Assembly (NCBI GenBank): GCA_000002445.1
Contig: CP000068.1
Span: 1,440,001-1,504,000, forward strand
From: Trypanosoma brucei
Taxonomy: Eukaryota
Length of the DNA stretch: 64,000 nucleotides
Direction of reading: 5' to 3'
Numbering within the stretch: position 1 is the first letter of the stretch; every line of letters begins with the position of its first letter. The notes under the pieces are model-generated. The model did no database searches and was not told the DNA's origin. It was given only the letters and a program-made list of their open reading frames with translations. A program made the translations under genes and the position numbers. Shown here one piece after another: positions 62,950-64,000 of the stretch.

Positions 62950-64000
62950 ATTTTTCATTATAGAAACAAAGCTACAAGCAAAAGAGGGGCCTTGTTAATG
63001 ACAAATGAATTGCTTCCTGTGGTGTTTGTGGTTCCAGTTTTTCCTTCCGTTTCTTGGTTTGCTTTTTCTGCTGCTTGTTTGCCTTCCTCACTCAATCTGC
63101 ACTTTTTGTTTTCCTCGCCATCGTTGTTGAAAACACACCCCTTATTCTTTAGCTTTTCGCAGGCTTTTTGGTCGTCTTTGGCTGCATTGCAAATTTTTCC
63201 TTGTTTTCTGCTGATTCTGTTTCCTGTTTTTTGCTCACAGCGTCTAGATTTTTCTTGAGAGTTACCACATTTTGTGCGGCTATCATCTCGTAATTGCTAA
63301 GGATGTCTCCTAACTCCACTGTATCGTGAATTTTTGCTAGGGGTGTTTCAGTGGTTCTACCTGCAATACCAGCTGGTATTATCTCGGCATTCACCATATC
63401 GAGGTATGTTTTTGTTTTGTCTGCTGCTAGGCCACCGAAAAGTGCTTCCAGCTTTGTTTTCTCTGCGTTGGGCTCAGTGCTGCCCTTTGGCAGCAACAGT
63501 GTTTTTACTAGCGCTTTGAGTGTCGGCCGTGTATCCAGGTTTCCAGTTTCGTTTGTGTAGGCTATGTCTGTTGCCTTTGATTCGCTGTTTCGTGCTTCCC
63601 ATGCTTCGTGCCACGCCGGGGCGGTTGCTTTGTGACCAGCTCCCATGGCTTGCATGTTTGCTAGCGTTGCTTCCACCGCTGTCGTCGGTATTGTCATGTA
63701 CCCTCTGAGCACCCGCGGTGCGCTGTCCAGGGCCGAAGTGGCCGGGTAACCATTTGTGTTGTGGCCGCTCAGCAATTTGCATGTTCCAGTGCTTTCTGCT
63801 GGCTGGAAGGTGTTATCCGTCTTTCCACCGCCGTGTCGTAGATTTGGATATCCAGCTGCCGTTAGTTCAGTTCGAGTTCCTGGTCCTGCTGTTGCTGGTG
63901 GCATGTTGAGGTCGCATTCTTCGGAGTCTAGCGTGGTTCCCGCTCGGGTTGCGGGTGTGTCAGCATCAGTTGTTACTAGGCACATGTTTTGTGTTCCGCC
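62950..64000 (-). pseudogene. VSG, 3' two-thirds; 5' end beyond the window; frameshift between body and C-terminal domain
   Basis: ORF 63149-63985 (278 codons) has no start inside the window and is VSG N-terminal-domain-like. The C-terminal region ~62975-63150 translates in another frame to '...KACEKLKNKGCVFNNDGEENKKCRLSEE...GTTNTTGSNSFVINKAPLLL...'. Confidence 0.75.

Noticed and set aside
1-64000. Bacterial-style promoters, rho-independent terminators, operons, tRNA and rRNA genes
   Set aside because: The sequence is trypanosomatid subtelomere (polycistronic, trans-spliced). No sigma-type promoter or terminator concept applies, and no tRNA or rRNA-like structure was recognised by eye.

Overview
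This window looks like a subtelomeric VSG (variant surface glycoprotein) array from an African trypanosome of the Trypanosoma brucei group (Trypanozoon). The call is from sequence alone and rests on four things: (i) at least 14 VSG genes, pseudogenes or fragments, all on the minus strand, with VSG signal peptides, N-terminal domains, Cys-rich C-terminal domains and GPI-signal tails such as '...NTTGSNSFVINKAPLLL...' or '...DSSFFVNKKMALSMAAA...'; (ii) canonical 70-bp repeats upstream of almost every VSG, read as reverse complement of '...AATAGGAGAGTGTTGTGAGTGTGTATATACGAATATTATAA...', including an ~0.8 kb tandem array at 33240-34030; (iii) two ingi-family non-LTR retrotransposons, both degenerate: a diverged one at 3866-9555 (+) and a typical ~5.3 kb ingi at 47606-52886 (-); (iv) the VSG 3'UTR 16-mer (TGATATATTTTAACAC; its reverse complement GTGTTAAAATATATCA is what appears on the + strand) downstream of VSGs. 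Only one VSG (52936-54540) has a fully intact, canonical ORF. The others carry frameshifts, lost stop codons, altered GPI tails or truncations, which is typical of silent VSG arrays. The most unusual feature is an interstitial telomere tract. About 17 degenerate-to-perfect CCCTAA repeats (30244-30360) sit in exactly the position and orientation expected for the telomere of a telomeric VSG cassette: 70-bp array, ~1.25 kb co-transposed region, VSG, a perfect 16-mer, ~115 bp, then the (TTAGGG)n tract. The sequence then continues into an odd A-tract-punctuated low-complexity block, an orphan VSG 3' fragment and further array VSGs. Both retroelements are nested in VSG 3' flanking regions. The typical ingi splits the 3'UTR of the only intact VSG between its stop codon and its 16-mer. 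There are no prokaryotic-style features (CRISPR, operons, sigma-type promoters or terminators), and no rRNA or tRNA genes were recognised.
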